Assembly (NCBI GenBank): GCA_963792585.1
Contig: CAWBWI010000001.1
Location: forward strand, 64,001-128,000
Direction: 5' to 3'
From: Candidatus Eiseniibacteriota bacterium
GTDB taxonomy: Bacteria > Eisenbacteria > RBG-16-71-46 > CAIMUX01 > VGJL01
Length of the DNA: 64,000 nucleotides
Shown: piece after piece, positions 1-10,867 of the stretch
Layout: each line of letters begins with the position of its first letter
Position numbering within the stretch: position 1 is the stretch's first letter
Translations under genes and position numbers: made by a program
The notes under the pieces: model-generated
Database searches by the model: none
Told to the model about the DNA's origin: nothing
What the model saw: the letters and a program-made list of their open reading frames with translations, nothing else

Positions 1-2740
1 GATGTCGGTCGTCGGGCCGAACGGGTTGGGAGTGTTCTGCTGCAGGCGCGTCACGAGACGCACGGAGAAGTCGCCTGCGTCCGCGGTCGGGAAGACCGCG
101 GCGAGCAGGAAGTCATCGACTCCGCCCTCGATCAACGAACCCGGGGTGATGTCCTCCGCGATGAAGCGGAACTGCACGACGCCCGGAGTCGGGACGAACT
201 GCAGGAGGTCGAACGACATCGGCGCCCAGGCGTTGGTGGAGGTCGTGGTGTGTTCCATCGGGATCCAGGTCTGCCCGGCGTCGTTCGTCACGTCGACGTA
301 CCAGTAGTCGAGACCCGGGCTATTGCCCCGGTCGTTCGTGTAGAACTTCCAGTAGTCGACCTGCACCTGGGTGGCGCCGGTCAGGTCGAACCGAGGCGAA
401 AGGAGCGTCGTCTTGCCGCCGTCGACATCGGCCTCTCCGCCCTGCCCGCCGACCGAGCCGTTGCCGGTGATCCAGCAGATATGGCCCGGATCGGCCGTGT
501 GGTCATCTTCCAGCTGGACGGGATTTCCACCGAAGGTGCTTCCGATCGGATCCGCCTCGATCCAGAGACCGGCGGAAGCGTTGTCGCCCGTGTACCCGGC
601 CTTCCAAGCCGTGACCGTCTCCATCGCATCGGCGAAGGAGTTGTTGACCTGGAAGTAGTGCAGGCTTGCCGGGTAATCTCTCGGGCTCGTTCCCGTGTTG
701 TTGTCCGTGTCCTGAGCCGAGAGATAGTACTCGACGATGCTCCCGTACTCCTGTGCCGGGATCGTCACGCCGTACTCATCCTGGTTTCCGGTCGGAGCCA
801 TCGCCAGATTCTGGTAGATGCCGCCGTTGACCCGGTAGTGGAGGAAAGCCGAACTCGGCACGATTTGCGCCTGCCCCGCGGGCAGCGAGATCATCGTCGC
901 CGTCAGCGGGTAACCGACGGTGCGATCGCCCGAGTAGGGGAGAGCCGTGTGCGTGACGAAGACGCCGACGAGGATCTCCGGGCAGGTGAACCCGTGGTTC
1001 GTCGCCGCCTCGCAGAGCGCGCGTGGTGCGGCGTGCCGTCGTCCAGGTTGCCGTTGTCGTCGTCGGCGATGAAGGTCGCGAGGACCTGATCGGGCTGCGT
1101 CTGCGGATGCAGAAGGACGCGCCCGTTGTGCCATAGTGTCGCGGCCTTGATCGTCCCGGGATCGGTTCCGTACTGCGCCTGGAGTCCGACCATCACGTCC
1201 CAGTTGAAGCCGGCGATGACCTGGCCGGCGTAGTGGATCTCCTGGCCGACCACGTCGCCCGGGTAGTGCAGCGTGTTCAGCGAGTTGCGGATTCCACTCG
1301 TGCAGTTGCCCGGGTAGAAGCCGCGGCCGATGATCGGATCCTGGGTCATCAGGTTGCCGATGATGTCGCCGTTGCCCTCGCCCAGGCCCTGGTCGCCCTG
1401 GCCGCCGAGGATGGCGTTCTGGACGCCGTGGCCGAACTCGTGCTGGACGACCTGCTGCATCTCGCCGGTGTTGGCGCAGCCGCCGCCCGGGATGTAGAAG
1501 TTGATCGTCCCGTCCCAGTAGGCGTTGCAGGTCGAGTTGCGGTTCACGTTGGCGTTGATCCGGGCGTTGGTGTAGCTGAACCCGGGCGCGAACGTCTCGA
1601 AGAAGTCGTGGATCTCGTTGACGGCGTCGAAGGTGTCACGCTCGTCCTTGCGGGCGTTCACATCGGTGAAGGCGACGTCAGGGGGACGTTCTCCAGCGCC
1701 GTGCCGGTGAAGGTCCCTTCGGCCCCTGCGATGTTGTTCAGGTCGACGTAGGGACCGTAGAGGTCCGCCGTCACCGAGCGCGCTCCACCGGTGCCGGCGA
1801 TCGTCCAGTTCCCGTTGATGTCGCTGTTGACGTTGCCGACGCCCGAGACCTGGACGCGCAGGTACTGCGCGGGCCGGGTGACGGTGCCGTCGCAGTAGCT
1901 ATTGAGCTGCACCGGCGCCGAGGAGGTTCCGCTGTAGGCGAAGTGCATGTCGTTGTACCGCCAGATCATCTGGCCGGTGTGGGCGTCGACATGGGTCACC
2001 CAAATGCCGACGGGATCTTCGGTCTGCACACGCACGCGCCAAACCAGGTGGTACTCGACCTCGGCCTGCGAGAGGGAGACCGGCAGGACGAGCAGCTGGG
2101 CGGCGTCCTGAATCGTGTCGGTCGCCTCGTTGAAGTTGACGCCGTTCTTGGCGATCTGGATCGCCTGGGCATCGCTGTATAGGGGGACCGGGCTCAAGTT
2201 GATGTTCGGCTGGTAGTCCGAGCCCATCAGCATCAAACGGCCGTCCTCGCTGAACACGAGGCGGACCTTTGCGCCGTAGACGTCGATACCGTGCCACGTC
2301 TGCTGGAAGTGGGCGGCCCACTTGCCGGCGGCGTTCGGCGTATCAGTGAGCCGCAGCTGGGAGGCATCGGCCCGAAGGACGTCCTCGTTCGCGGCGATCA
2401 CCTGGCGCGCGACTCGCTCGACATCTTCCGATGTGTAGAACGATTCGGCGACCTTTACGCTGGTGCCGTAGATCCAGCGCGCGCCCGCGGTCTGCGGGTT
2501 CCACGACTGGACGCGCCAGTTGCCGCTGTAGCGGCCGTTCAGGATATTGGCGACTTCGAGACTCCCCTCGGCCGTGGCGGGGGACTGATAGCCTTCGAGA
2601 TCGAACTCCGGGAGTCGAATCTCGTAGTTGCGGTTCTGGTCGGCTTGCTGGAACGCGGCCGCCGGTCCCGCGAGCCCAAGGAGGAGAGCCACCAGCGCCA
2701 ATGCGGCAATGGTCCCTCCGATACGCAAGATGTGATTCAC
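1..2740 (-). CDS. Secreted zinc metalloprotease, M4/M36 (thermolysin/fungalysin)-like, with FTP/PepSY propeptide; two apparent frameshifts (~1677, ~1021); runs off the window start
   Basis: GTG start at 2740 after AAAGGAG; signal peptide; propeptide motifs (FQQTWHGIDV, WVTHVDAHTG); CNAYWDG, HEFGH zinc motif and GLGEGNGD. Adding one G at each break joins the frames (PLTVAFTDVNARK; PHHAALCEAATNHGF). Confidence 0.8.
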
Positions 2741-2903
2741 TTCCGAATCTCCTTTCGCTGCAGTCGAAAACTGCGGGTCCCAGTCCTGGGACACGAGTCA
2801 CCGACCCCGTGGCTGCCCAACGGGTTCACCGAGAATCAATTATACCAGATTCGTTCCCGTTTAGGTGAAGGCAATCCGGGGACAAGGAGTAGGCCCTAGA
2901 GGC

Positions 2904-4310
2904 TCAATTCTCCCCGATGAGATGCAGAAGTCGGACGAATAGCGTGTCCTGCCGGACGGACGCGAGGTCGGGGTCGGTTTCCATCCCCTTCGCGTCCTTG
3001 AAGCCCGATTCGACCGCGCGTTCGAGGGCGAGGACGGCGTCCCGAGGTCGGTCCGTTCGCGCATAGGCGCAGCCGAGGTCGTACCAGACCGTCGGGCGTT
3101 CGGGTTTGATGTCGGCCGCGGTTCGCAGAAGCACGGCGGCTCCCTCGTAGTCGCCACGGCGCATGAGCTCCCGGGGCATGGCCGATCCCGCGCGCGCGTA
3201 GATCGCATCGAAGATGCGGATGCCGGCGAGCCGCTCCTCCGGGTTCGCCGAATTGCGCATCAACCGGAGGGCCGGAAGTCCGATCTGATTCACCAGCTGC
3301 GCATAACTCGGTCGCTCGAAGAACGTCCGGGCCCGCGGGACGAGCTCCAGCGTTTCCAATGCCTCGGCCAAACGATCGGACGCGGAGCGATCGACCCCTT
3401 CACGCTCCCGGCGCAATGTCGCGAACGCCTTCGATCGGCCCAGCCGATCCCGGGCTTCCGCCGCGGCGGTGACGTCCCGCAAGCCGTCGAACATCGCCGC
3501 CGTCGCTGATGCGCGCTCGTGCGCCTCGATCAGCCGGCCGGCTTGCTCTGCATCCTCGAATCCGGCCGTCTCGCGGGCGTAGATCTCCTCGATGAGCGCC
3601 GAATCCGCACCGATCGTGTGGGACCGTATCGCCGCAATCTGCATCCAGTCCAGCGCCTCCGCGCAGGCGCCGGCCGGCGGCCACTCGTGGCCTCCATCGA
3701 AGGTCACGAGGCGGTGGGGGACCTTCCTTCTGTCCAACTCTCCGTCGAGCCACCGCATCTCGTAGTAGTTGAAGTCCGTCTGGCCAACCAAACCGTAATA
3801 GGCCAGCCGTGGATGCCATTCCTCGAGGAAGTCGCGCCGCGGAAGGCCGGCGCCCACCTCGATGATCCCCGCCAGGTCGACGTCCTTCGCCAGTTGATCG
3901 AGGATCCAGCAGATCCTCCCCCCGCCGGAGAAGCCGGTCGCGTAGACGCGATCGAAGTCGACGGGATAGCGGGAGATCACGTCGTTCCAGAACGATGCCA
4001 TGACGTCGATCGATCGACCGACGGAGTCGGCGCTGTCATACGACCCCGAGCTGGCAATGATGAAGCCGTGTTTCTCGGCTGCCGCCTGGAAGAGCTCGAT
4101 GGGGATCATCGGACGCTTCGCGGGATCGAAGCAGAGGAGGGTGGGCCACTGCCGGTCGGGCGTGTAGCCGGGCGGCAGATAGACGGCATAGGTCGGGGCC
4201 GGGGCGGCCGTGCTGTCCGCGAGCAGCGTCGATGGCGAACCCGGCGTCGGATCCGATGCCGGATCCGCGGCGAGGATCATTCCCAGAACGAGGAAGATGT
4301 TCGGTCCCAT
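2904..4310 (-). CDS. Secreted alpha/beta-hydrolase (esterase-like) with C-terminal TPR repeats
   Basis: Signal peptide; YAVYLPPGY; nucleophile motif ATGFSGGG; FDGGHEW; TPR tail WYDLGCAYAR...LERAVESGF...DPDLASVR. Confidence 0.75.
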   Translation of the reverse strand: MGPNIFLVLGMILAADPASDPTPGSPSTLLADSTAAPAPTYAVYLPPGYTPDRQWPTLLCFDPAKRPMIPIELFQAAAEKHGFIIASSGSYDSADSVGRSIDVMASFWNDVISRYPVDFDRVYATGFSGGGRICWILDQLAKDVDLAGIIEVGAGLPRRDFLEEWHPRLAYYGLVGQTDFNYYEMRWLDGELDRRKVPHRLVTFDGGHEWPPAGACAEALDWMQIAAIRSHTIGADSALIEEIYARETAGFEDAEQAGRLIEAHERASATAAMFDGLRDVTAAAEARDRLGRSKAFATLRREREGVDRSASDRLAEALETLELVPRARTFFERPSYAQLVNQIGLPALRLMRNSANPEERLAGIRIFDAIYARAGSAMPRELMRRGDYEGAAVLLRTAADIKPERPTVWYDLGCAYARTDRPRDAVLALERAVESGFKDAKGMETDPDLASVRQDTLFVRLLHLIGEN

Positions 4311-4474
4311 CGATTCGCCTCAACAGGGCTCGGCGATCCCGGCGCGCCACCCTCCATGATTGGACGGCAGACGCGCGCCGGAATCAATCGGGGAGTTCGG
4401 GCGTAGCCGCGCATCCGGACGATTCGACCCGCCGAGGCAACCTTCCTTCTTCAGATCGTCGTGGCGTCGATCCT

Positions 4475-5302
4475 CTAGCGGTACGATGCGCGGACGCTCC
4501 CCCAGGACGATCTCCGAACGGGGACCGTACCACAGTCGAACCCGCAATCGATCCCGCAGCAGTCCTCCCCACCCGCCCAGTTGGTGCCCCCTCGATTCGC
4601 GCACTCGCCCTGCGACAGTGCCAGGCAGGCTCCGTCGGCCAGACAACATGCTCCCGTGGGTTGCCCACACGTGATCCCCGGACAGTCGTTCCATCCAGCG
4701 GCGAACCAGCGAACCGTGCCGAAGCAACCGCACAGGTCCTCCACGGGAGGATTGCCGTCGTCCAAGAATTTCGCCTCGTTGGTGCCCGGATGCACCGTCG
4801 TGCTGAACCAGGCTCCCGGCCGATCGCAGGAGTTGTCGACCTCAAAGACATAGCATGCAAACGGATTCGCATAGGTTGGAGCGGCGTAGACGAATGCGGT
4901 CCCGGAGCACGGCGCCGGCCAGTCGGGAGTTGAGACCTCCTGAGGAAAGAAACCGCAAGCCCCGTGGGCTAAGACGGGATTCAGGAGGCTGGCATCGTAT
5001 TGAATGCCGAACTGCAGCGCACTAACCCCTGGACTGGATCCCGCGGGAAACGACGCCAGGACCCAGATGACCGTCCCGCTCGTCTTGTTCGTCTGCGTGA
5101 CGGCGCCCGTGCACGTGCCCGGATTGCCAAGTGGAGTCGTGCATGCCGTGTCGGTCGAATAGCTGTAGGTGTCGTCCGTGTGGACGATCAGGGCCCCGTT
5201 CGCGTTTCTGCCGGCGAGGGCCGTCGATGCCGCCATCGAGGCGGCCGCAATGCCGAAGATCAAGGCGATCCTGATGTATTGGTGCTCGAGCTTGGTATTC
5301 AT
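4475..5302 (-). CDS. Secreted Cys-rich protein with one GACC repeat and the WG C-terminal motif
   Basis: ATG at 5302; signal peptide ending ALA-GRN; paralogous to 39825..41351; ends TVPVRRSSWGSVRASYR. Confidence 0.75.
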   Translation of the reverse strand: MNTKLEHQYIRIALIFGIAAASMAASTALAGRNANGALIVHTDDTYSYSTDTACTTPLGNPGTCTGAVTQTNKTSGTVIWVLASFPAGSSPGVSALQFGIQYDASLLNPVLAHGACGFFPQEVSTPDWPAPCSGTAFVYAAPTYANPFACYVFEVDNSCDRPGAWFSTTVHPGTNEAKFLDDGNPPVEDLCGCFGTVRWFAAGWNDCPGITCGQPTGACCLADGACLALSQGECANRGGTNWAGGEDCCGIDCGFDCGTVPVRRSSWGSVRASYR

Positions 5303-5731
5303 GCTGATCCTTCCCGCGTGGCGCGCATAGCGCATTCTCTGCCGGCCGTTGACCCGTCCCATCCTGAAGACGCAGGAACCGTCCCGTTCTAACAGGCTCT
5401 GTTTTCTTGAGAGTGACCTGGTAGGGGCGCAGAATTATCATGGATGGCAACTGTGTGATTCTGGCCGAAGATGGGTGTGCGCGGCAGGGAGGATCCTACA
5501 TGGGGGACGAGGTCCCCTGTGATCCCAACCCATGCTTCGGCTTCCCGATCGAGAAGACAACCTGGGGACGGCTCAAGGCGACGTATCGCTAGCCGGCCGA
5601 ACCGCTCTCGAAGACTCCAGAGGGCCCGTATCCATCCGTGTGCGGGCCCTCATGGGGCGCCGCAGCCTCTCGAGAGTCTAGATGCCCTTCAGTGATTCGG
5701 CATCAGGCGCATCCTGCAGAAACTACTGCTT

Positions 5732-6379
5732 CTACCTGCTCTTGATGGGTGTGGCAGCGGCAGTCTTCGAGGCCTCTTCGGCGGCGGCCTTGTCGGCGTC
5801 AACTTGAGCCGCGGCAGCGGTCGCTATCGCTGCCTGCTTGCCCTCGGCGACGGTCTTCAGCCGGGCGAGCCCCTTCTCGATGTCGGTGCCGAGCATGTTG
5901 TCCATGTTCATGAACATGCCGAATGCTTTGCCCACGAAGTTGTGGTTCCCATCCATCGACCACGTCACGAACGAGCCGGTCGGCGTACCCGCGAGGGTGA
6001 GCGAATAGGTTGCCGTGGACTTCATCGGCTCCACAAACTCGAACTTCATGCCCACCTTCTGGCCAGGGACGCTCTCTTCGATCGTCATCTTGCCCTTGCC
6101 GACTTCCTTGTTGCCGTTCCACGCATACGACTGACCGACGCCCGCCGCCGGGCCCTCGAAGGTCTTCTGCATGTTGGGATCGAGCTTCTCCCACGGCGAC
6201 CCGAAGAGGACCAAGACACCCGCAAACTGATGGAGGTCGTTGAGAACACCGAACACGAGATCGGCTGGAGCAGCGACCTCGAGCTTGCGCTCGACGTGAT
6301 AGGTGGACGGCCGTGTGGCCACCACCGCTACGAAGAGGACCAAGACACCCGCAACACCGATGAGAATCTTCTTGAGCAT
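5732..6379 (-). CDS. SRPBCC (polyketide cyclase-like) family protein
   Basis: N-terminal TM helix; YHVERKLEVAAP...PWEKLDPNM...GVGQSYAWNGNKEVGKG...DIEKGLARLK; SD AGGAGG. Confidence 0.85.
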   Translation of the reverse strand: MLKKILIGVAGVLVLFVAVVATRPSTYHVERKLEVAAPADLVFGVLNDLHQFAGVLVLFGSPWEKLDPNMQKTFEGPAAGVGQSYAWNGNKEVGKGKMTIEESVPGQKVGMKFEFVEPMKSTATYSLTLAGTPTGSFVTWSMDGNHNFVGKAFGMFMNMDNMLGTDIEKGLARLKTVAEGKQAAIATAAAAQVDADKAAAEEASKTAAATPIKSR

Positions 6380-6467
6380 GGAAGCCCTCCTAAATGACTC
6401 TCAGTGACTCGGAATCAGCCGGCAACGGATGGGCATCGAACACGTGAGACCTCACCTGCCGCTCTCA

Positions 6468-6766
6468 TTTGGATTCCCGTCGAGACCCGCAAGGTCACGT
6501 TGCGGCCCGGATCATAGGCGAACTCCTTGTAGCGGCCTGACCCCTGGCCGGCCAGGAAAAATCGGCCATCTTCGCCGGAAAGATCTGAGCGCCCGGTTTC
6601 GGCGACCAGAATTCTTACATCGGCGACCGGGCTCCCGGACGCCTCGACAACCCGGCCGGTAAGGGTCGTCGATGCCGCGGCGGCCGACGCCCGCGTGGCC
6701 GTACTGGCGGGCGCGCTTAAGGAAGAGCACGAACCCGCTGAGCAGGGGCAGGCGCAGCTTCGACAT
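6468..6766 (-). pseudogene. Internally deleted, frameshifted TonB-dependent receptor remnant
   Basis: AGGAGG and ATG at 6766; signal peptide with a frameshift near 6720; carboxypeptidase-regulatory-like start (LTGRVVEASGSPVADVRILV...SGEDGRF) fused to a TBDR-like C-terminus (RYKEFAYDPGRNVTLRVSTGI). Confidence 0.6.
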
Positions 6767-7168
6767 GGTTTCCTCCTGTGGCCGGCCAGGGGCACTCGCC
6801 GGTCCGCTGGATCCGAGGGCGGCCCGGAACCGGGAAAGGGTAAGGAGTGTCCTCGGATCCCCCAACCCCTTTTCTGGGGCGCCGGGGAGCCCGGTACCGC
6901 CTGTCCCGGACCCCGGCCGCAGTTTGGCCGCCGTGGGGGGCAGGATCTTCTCATGTTGCCCATCGAAACGGCCGATGCTAATTTCAAGTCACTTCGTCGC
7001 CCGGGGCCCGGTGGCGAAGCCGTAGACAGTGGCCCAAAATCGATATTGTCCTGTCCCGGGAACCGGAATCGGAAACTGACCCAAGTCGCCAATGAACCGC
7101 GCCTTCGGACCAATCTCCCTTCTTCCTTCCCAGTGTCTAAGACAATGTCCTATCCAAGGAGGAACCCG

Positions 7169-7534
7169 ATGGGTTCGAAGCTCTATGTAGGTGGGCTGCC
7201 GTACTCCGTGACCGAGCAGGAGCTCTCCGAGCTGTTCTCTGCGTACGGCACGGTGGAGTCCGCCCGGGTCATCACCGACAAGTTCACTGGTCAGTCGCGC
7301 GGATTTGGCTTCATCGAGATGAGCACGGCGGAAGAGGCGTCTAACGCCATTTCCTCGCTGAACAACACTCAGATGAAGGGCCGCACCCTGATCGTCAATG
7401 AAGCCAAGCCGCAGGAGAACCGTGGCGGCGGCGGCGGTGGCTACGGCGGCGGTGGCGGCGGTGGCTACGGCGGTGGTGGCGGTGGTGGTTACGGCGGTGG
7501 TGGCGGCGGCGGAAACCGCGGTCGCCGGTTCTAA
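7169..7534 (+). CDS. RRM RNA-binding protein with Gly-rich tail
   Basis: RNP2 LYVGGL; RNP1 RGFGFIEM; VNEAKPQE; (GGGGGGY)n tail; SD AAGGAGG. Confidence 0.95.
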   Translation: MGSKLYVGGLPYSVTEQELSELFSAYGTVESARVITDKFTGQSRGFGFIEMSTAEEASNAISSLNNTQMKGRTLIVNEAKPQENRGGGGGGYGGGGGGGYGGGGGGGYGGGGGGGNRGRRF

Positions 7535-7564
7535 GAACCGACCCGCGTCCACGCGCTACATAGG

Positions 7565-7593
7565 TGAGGGAGCCCCGGCTCGGGGCTCCCTCA
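7565..7593. terminator. Hairpin terminator between convergent genes
   Basis: TGAGGGAGCCCCG-GCT-CGGGGCTCCCTCA perfect inverted repeat followed by TTTC. Confidence 0.8.
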
Positions 7594-7610
7594 TTTCAAT
7601 TTGGATCTTC

Positions 7611-9977
7611 CTACACGGAGCCGTCCGATTGCTCCGTGCGGGCGATGATCTCATCCTGCAGCACGCGTCCGAGATCGCAGAAGTAGTCGCTGTAACCGGC
7701 CACGCGCACGATCAGGTCGCGATGTTCCTGCGGCCGTTCCTGGGCGTTGCGAAGCGTCTCCGCATTCACGACGTTGAACTGGATGTGGTGGCCCCCCAAG
7801 CGAAAGTAGGTCCGGATCAAGGAGGCGAGCTTCTCGATCCCCTCTTCGCCCTCGAGCACCTGGGGAACGAACTTCATGTTGAGGAGCGTTCCCCCCGTGC
7901 GGAGGTGGTCCATCTTGGCCGCGGATTGGATCACGGCCGTCGGACCCCGGCGATCCATCCCCTGGACCGGGGAGATTCCTTCCGAGAGGGGAGTGCAGGA
8001 GCGACGGCCATCCGGCGTGGCGCCGGTCACGGAGCCGAAATAGACGTGGCACGTCGTCGGCAGCATGTCGATGTGGTAGCGCCCTCCGCGGAGGTTGGGC
8101 CGGCCCTCGATCGCGCGGTAGTAGGCGTCGAAGCAGGCGCGCATGATCTCGTCCGCCCGCTCGTCATCATTACCCCACTTCGGGGACTTGTTGATCAGGG
8201 TCAGCCGAAGGCGTTCGTTGTCCTGAAAGTCTTCCCGAAGGGCGCCGAGGATCTCCTCCATCTTGTAGTCCCCCGTCTCGTAGACGTGGCGGCGAATCGC
8301 CGCGAGGCTGTCGGTGATCGTCCCGATCCCGACCCCCTGGATGTAGGAGGTGTTGTACCGAGCGCCTCCCTCGTTGTAGTCGAGTCCATTGGCGATGCAA
8401 TCGTCTGTGATCATGGACAGGAAGGGCGCGGGCATTCGCTCGGCGTAGATCCGTTCGATCACGTCGTTTCCCCGTACCTTGACTCCCACGAAGTGTCGCA
8501 CCTGCGTTTCCCATGCATGAAACAGCTGCTCGAACGTCTTGAAGCGGGTAGGGTGACCAGTCTCGGGACCGAGCACGTGTCCGGTTCGAGGGTCGACCCC
8601 GTTGTTCAAGGCGAGTTCCAGGAGTTTCGGGAGGTTGAAGTACCCGGTCAGGATGTAGGCTTCCTTGCCGAAGGCGCCGGTCTCCACGCAGCCGCTGGTT
8701 CCCCCCTCGCGCGCGTCCTCGATGAGCTTGCCCTGACGTAGCATTTCCTCGACGACCCGGTCCGAGTTGAAGACGGAAGGATATCCGTAACCCTTGCGGA
8801 TGACGCGGCAGGCCTCGATCAGGAACCCCTCCGGGGTCTTCTGCGAGATCTGGACGTTCTGGCTCGGCTGCAGGAGGTGCAGCTCGTCGATCACCTCGAG
8901 CAGGAGGTAGCTGACTTCGCTCACGCCGTCCGAGCCGTCGCGCAGTTGCCCGGCAAGATTGACGTTTGCGAAGTCCGTGTAGGTTCCGCTCTCGGCGGCC
9001 GTCACGCCGACCTTCGGTGGCGCGGGGTGGTTGTTGAACTTGATGAAGAAGCAACCAAGCAGCTCCTTCGCCCGCTCGCGCGTGAGACTGCCGTCGAGGA
9101 CGCCCTGCCGGTAGAACGGGGCGATGTGCTGATCGAGGTGTCCGGGCGAGAAGGAGTCCCAACCGTTCAGCTCGGTGATCACCGCCAGATGGCAGAACCA
9201 GTAGGCCTGGAGCGCCTCCCGGAAATCGCGCGGGGCGCGGGCCGGAACGTGATCGCATACGGCGGCGATCTCCTCCAGTTCGGCCCGAAGCTGCAGATCG
9301 ATCGTGTGCGCGGCCATCTCTCTCGCGCGCGTCGCATGGCGGGCGGCGAAGAGCATCGTCGCGTCGGCGGCGATCGCCATGGCGGTCAGCTCGTCCCGCT
9401 TGTGCGCGGCGAGCGGATCGGCGCTCGGATCTAGCATCGCAAGCGCCGCAGCGATCTCGGTCTTGAAGTCGAGCATGCCCTTGCGATAGATCTTCCCGTC
9501 CGCGACGGTGTGACCCGGGGCTCGCTGCTCCATGAACTCGGTGAAGATCCCCGCGTCGTAGGCGGCGCGCCACTCGTCCGGAAGGCGGGCGAAGATCGCA
9601 TCGCGGAGGCTACGCCCTCGCCAGAACGGGATGATCATCTTCTCGTAGATCTCGAACGCCTCCGGGGAGACCGCGTAGCTCGTCTTCTCCCTGTCATTGA
9701 GCACGCGCAGGTCATCCAGGCTGTGGCAGGTCAGTTCGGGAAATGTCGGCGTCGCTTTGGGGGCCGGACCGCGCTCGCCCACGATCTGCTCTCCATGGCC
9801 GATCCAGATGGTTTTGCGCTCGCACAGATGACGGAACGCGAGGGCGCGCATCACCGGTGTCGGGTGGAATCCCTCATTCGCGGCATGGAATTCCGTCATC
9901 AACTCCGCCCGCTCCGTCGACACGAAGGGGTGGGCTCGAAGCGATTCTTCACGAAGGCGATCCACGCGATGGTTCAT
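7611..9977 (-). CDS. hypD: Glycyl radical enzyme, trans-4-hydroxy-L-proline dehydratase (HypD) type
   Basis: RVAGYS glycyl loop; GGTSGCVE Cys loop; HypD-like substrate-binding motifs at the expected spacing: EFMEQRAPGH, GWD, ESGTYTDF, LTGY (Cys+16), LPTT. Confidence 0.85.
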   Translation of the reverse strand: MNHRVDRLREESLRAHPFVSTERAELMTEFHAANEGFHPTPVMRALAFRHLCERKTIWIGHGEQIVGERGPAPKATPTFPELTCHSLDDLRVLNDREKTSYAVSPEAFEIYEKMIIPFWRGRSLRDAIFARLPDEWRAAYDAGIFTEFMEQRAPGHTVADGKIYRKGMLDFKTEIAAALAMLDPSADPLAAHKRDELTAMAIAADATMLFAARHATRAREMAAHTIDLQLRAELEEIAAVCDHVPARAPRDFREALQAYWFCHLAVITELNGWDSFSPGHLDQHIAPFYRQGVLDGSLTRERAKELLGCFFIKFNNHPAPPKVGVTAAESGTYTDFANVNLAGQLRDGSDGVSEVSYLLLEVIDELHLLQPSQNVQISQKTPEGFLIEACRVIRKGYGYPSVFNSDRVVEEMLRQGKLIEDAREGGTSGCVETGAFGKEAYILTGYFNLPKLLELALNNGVDPRTGHVLGPETGHPTRFKTFEQLFHAWETQVRHFVGVKVRGNDVIERIYAERMPAPFLSMITDDCIANGLDYNEGGARYNTSYIQGVGIGTITDSLAAIRRHVYETGDYKMEEILGALREDFQDNERLRLTLINKSPKWGNDDERADEIMRACFDAYYRAIEGRPNLRGGRYHIDMLPTTCHVYFGSVTGATPDGRRSCTPLSEGISPVQGMDRRGPTAVIQSAAKMDHLRTGGTLLNMKFVPQVLEGEEGIEKLASLIRTYFRLGGHHIQFNVVNAETLRNAQERPQEHRDLIVRVAGYSDYFCDLGRVLQDEIIARTEQSDGSV

Positions 9978-10867
9978 CCTGTTCCTCCGCCACTCATCAC
10001 CTCGAGCCCGTGCGCAGCGAGCCGGCGCGCGATCGCCTGGAGCCGTTCTGGTGTCGGCGTTTGGAACGATTCCGCCTGCGCGGGGGTCCGCATCCGGTCG
10101 CGCTTGTCCGTCCCCATCGTGTGATAGGGGAGAAGATGGATCTGTCGCGTGTGGGGCAGCCCCGCCACGAGACGTCCGAGCGCCTCGATTGCCTCATCGC
10201 CGTCATTGATCCCCGGGAGGACCGGCGTGCGGATCCAGATCGCGGCGCCCTCCTCGTCGAGGGTCCGGAGGTTTTCGAGGATCGGCGCGAGCGGCACGCC
10301 GGTTCGCTTCCGGTGCTCCGACTCGTCGAGGATCTTGATGTCGAAGAGGAACAGGTCCGTGACCTCGGCGACCTTCCGGATGAGGGCCGGGTCGGCATAG
10401 CCGCACGTGTCGACCGCGGTGGGTATCCCGCGCTCCCGGCAGCCCGCAAGGCAGGCCAGCAGGAAGTCCGGTTGCGCCAGCGGCTCGCCGCCCGAGAAGG
10501 TGACCCCGCCGCCGGACTCCTCGAAGAAGGGGCGATCCCGCTCCACCTCCAAGACCAACGTGACGGCGTCCCACACCTTTCCGATCAGGCGGCGCGCATC
10601 GGCGGGGCATGACTCGGCGCACGCCCCGCAGCGCAGACAATGGACCGGGTCACCGGTGGGGCAGACGTCGTGGCAGGTCCCGCACCCGATGCAGCGGTCG
10701 GGGAAGAGATGGATCTCCGGTTCGGGCGCACGCCCCTCGGGGTTGTGACACCAGGCGCAGGTGAGGGGACAGCCCTTGAGGAAGACGGTCGTGCGGATCC
10801 CCGGTCCATCGTGAATCGCAAACCGTTGAAGGTCGAAGCAGGTGCCCGTCGGTGAGTTCGTGGCCAA
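9974..10867 (-). CDS. Glycyl-radical enzyme activating protein (radical SAM, ferredoxin-like insert)
   Basis: HDGPGIRTTVFLKGCPLTCAWCHNPE; CIGCGTCHDVCP and CLRCGACAESCP; GGGVTFSGGEP; 4-bp overlap with hypD. Confidence 0.95.
   Translation of the reverse strand: MATNSPTGTCFDLQRFAIHDGPGIRTTVFLKGCPLTCAWCHNPEGRAPEPEIHLFPDRCIGCGTCHDVCPTGDPVHCLRCGACAESCPADARRLIGKVWDAVTLVLEVERDRPFFEESGGGVTFSGGEPLAQPDFLLACLAGCRERGIPTAVDTCGYADPALIRKVAEVTDLFLFDIKILDESEHRKRTGVPLAPILENLRTLDEEGAAIWIRTPVLPGINDGDEAIEALGRLVAGLPHTRQIHLLPYHTMGTDKRDRMRTPAQAESFQTPTPERLQAIARRLAAHGLEVMSGGGTG

Noticed and set aside
6770..7050. Possible cobalamin riboswitch upstream of the TonB-receptor remnant
   Set aside because: Only a CTGCCCCC-like stretch is present; I could not place the other conserved B12-element motifs. 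An Rfam scan would settle it.
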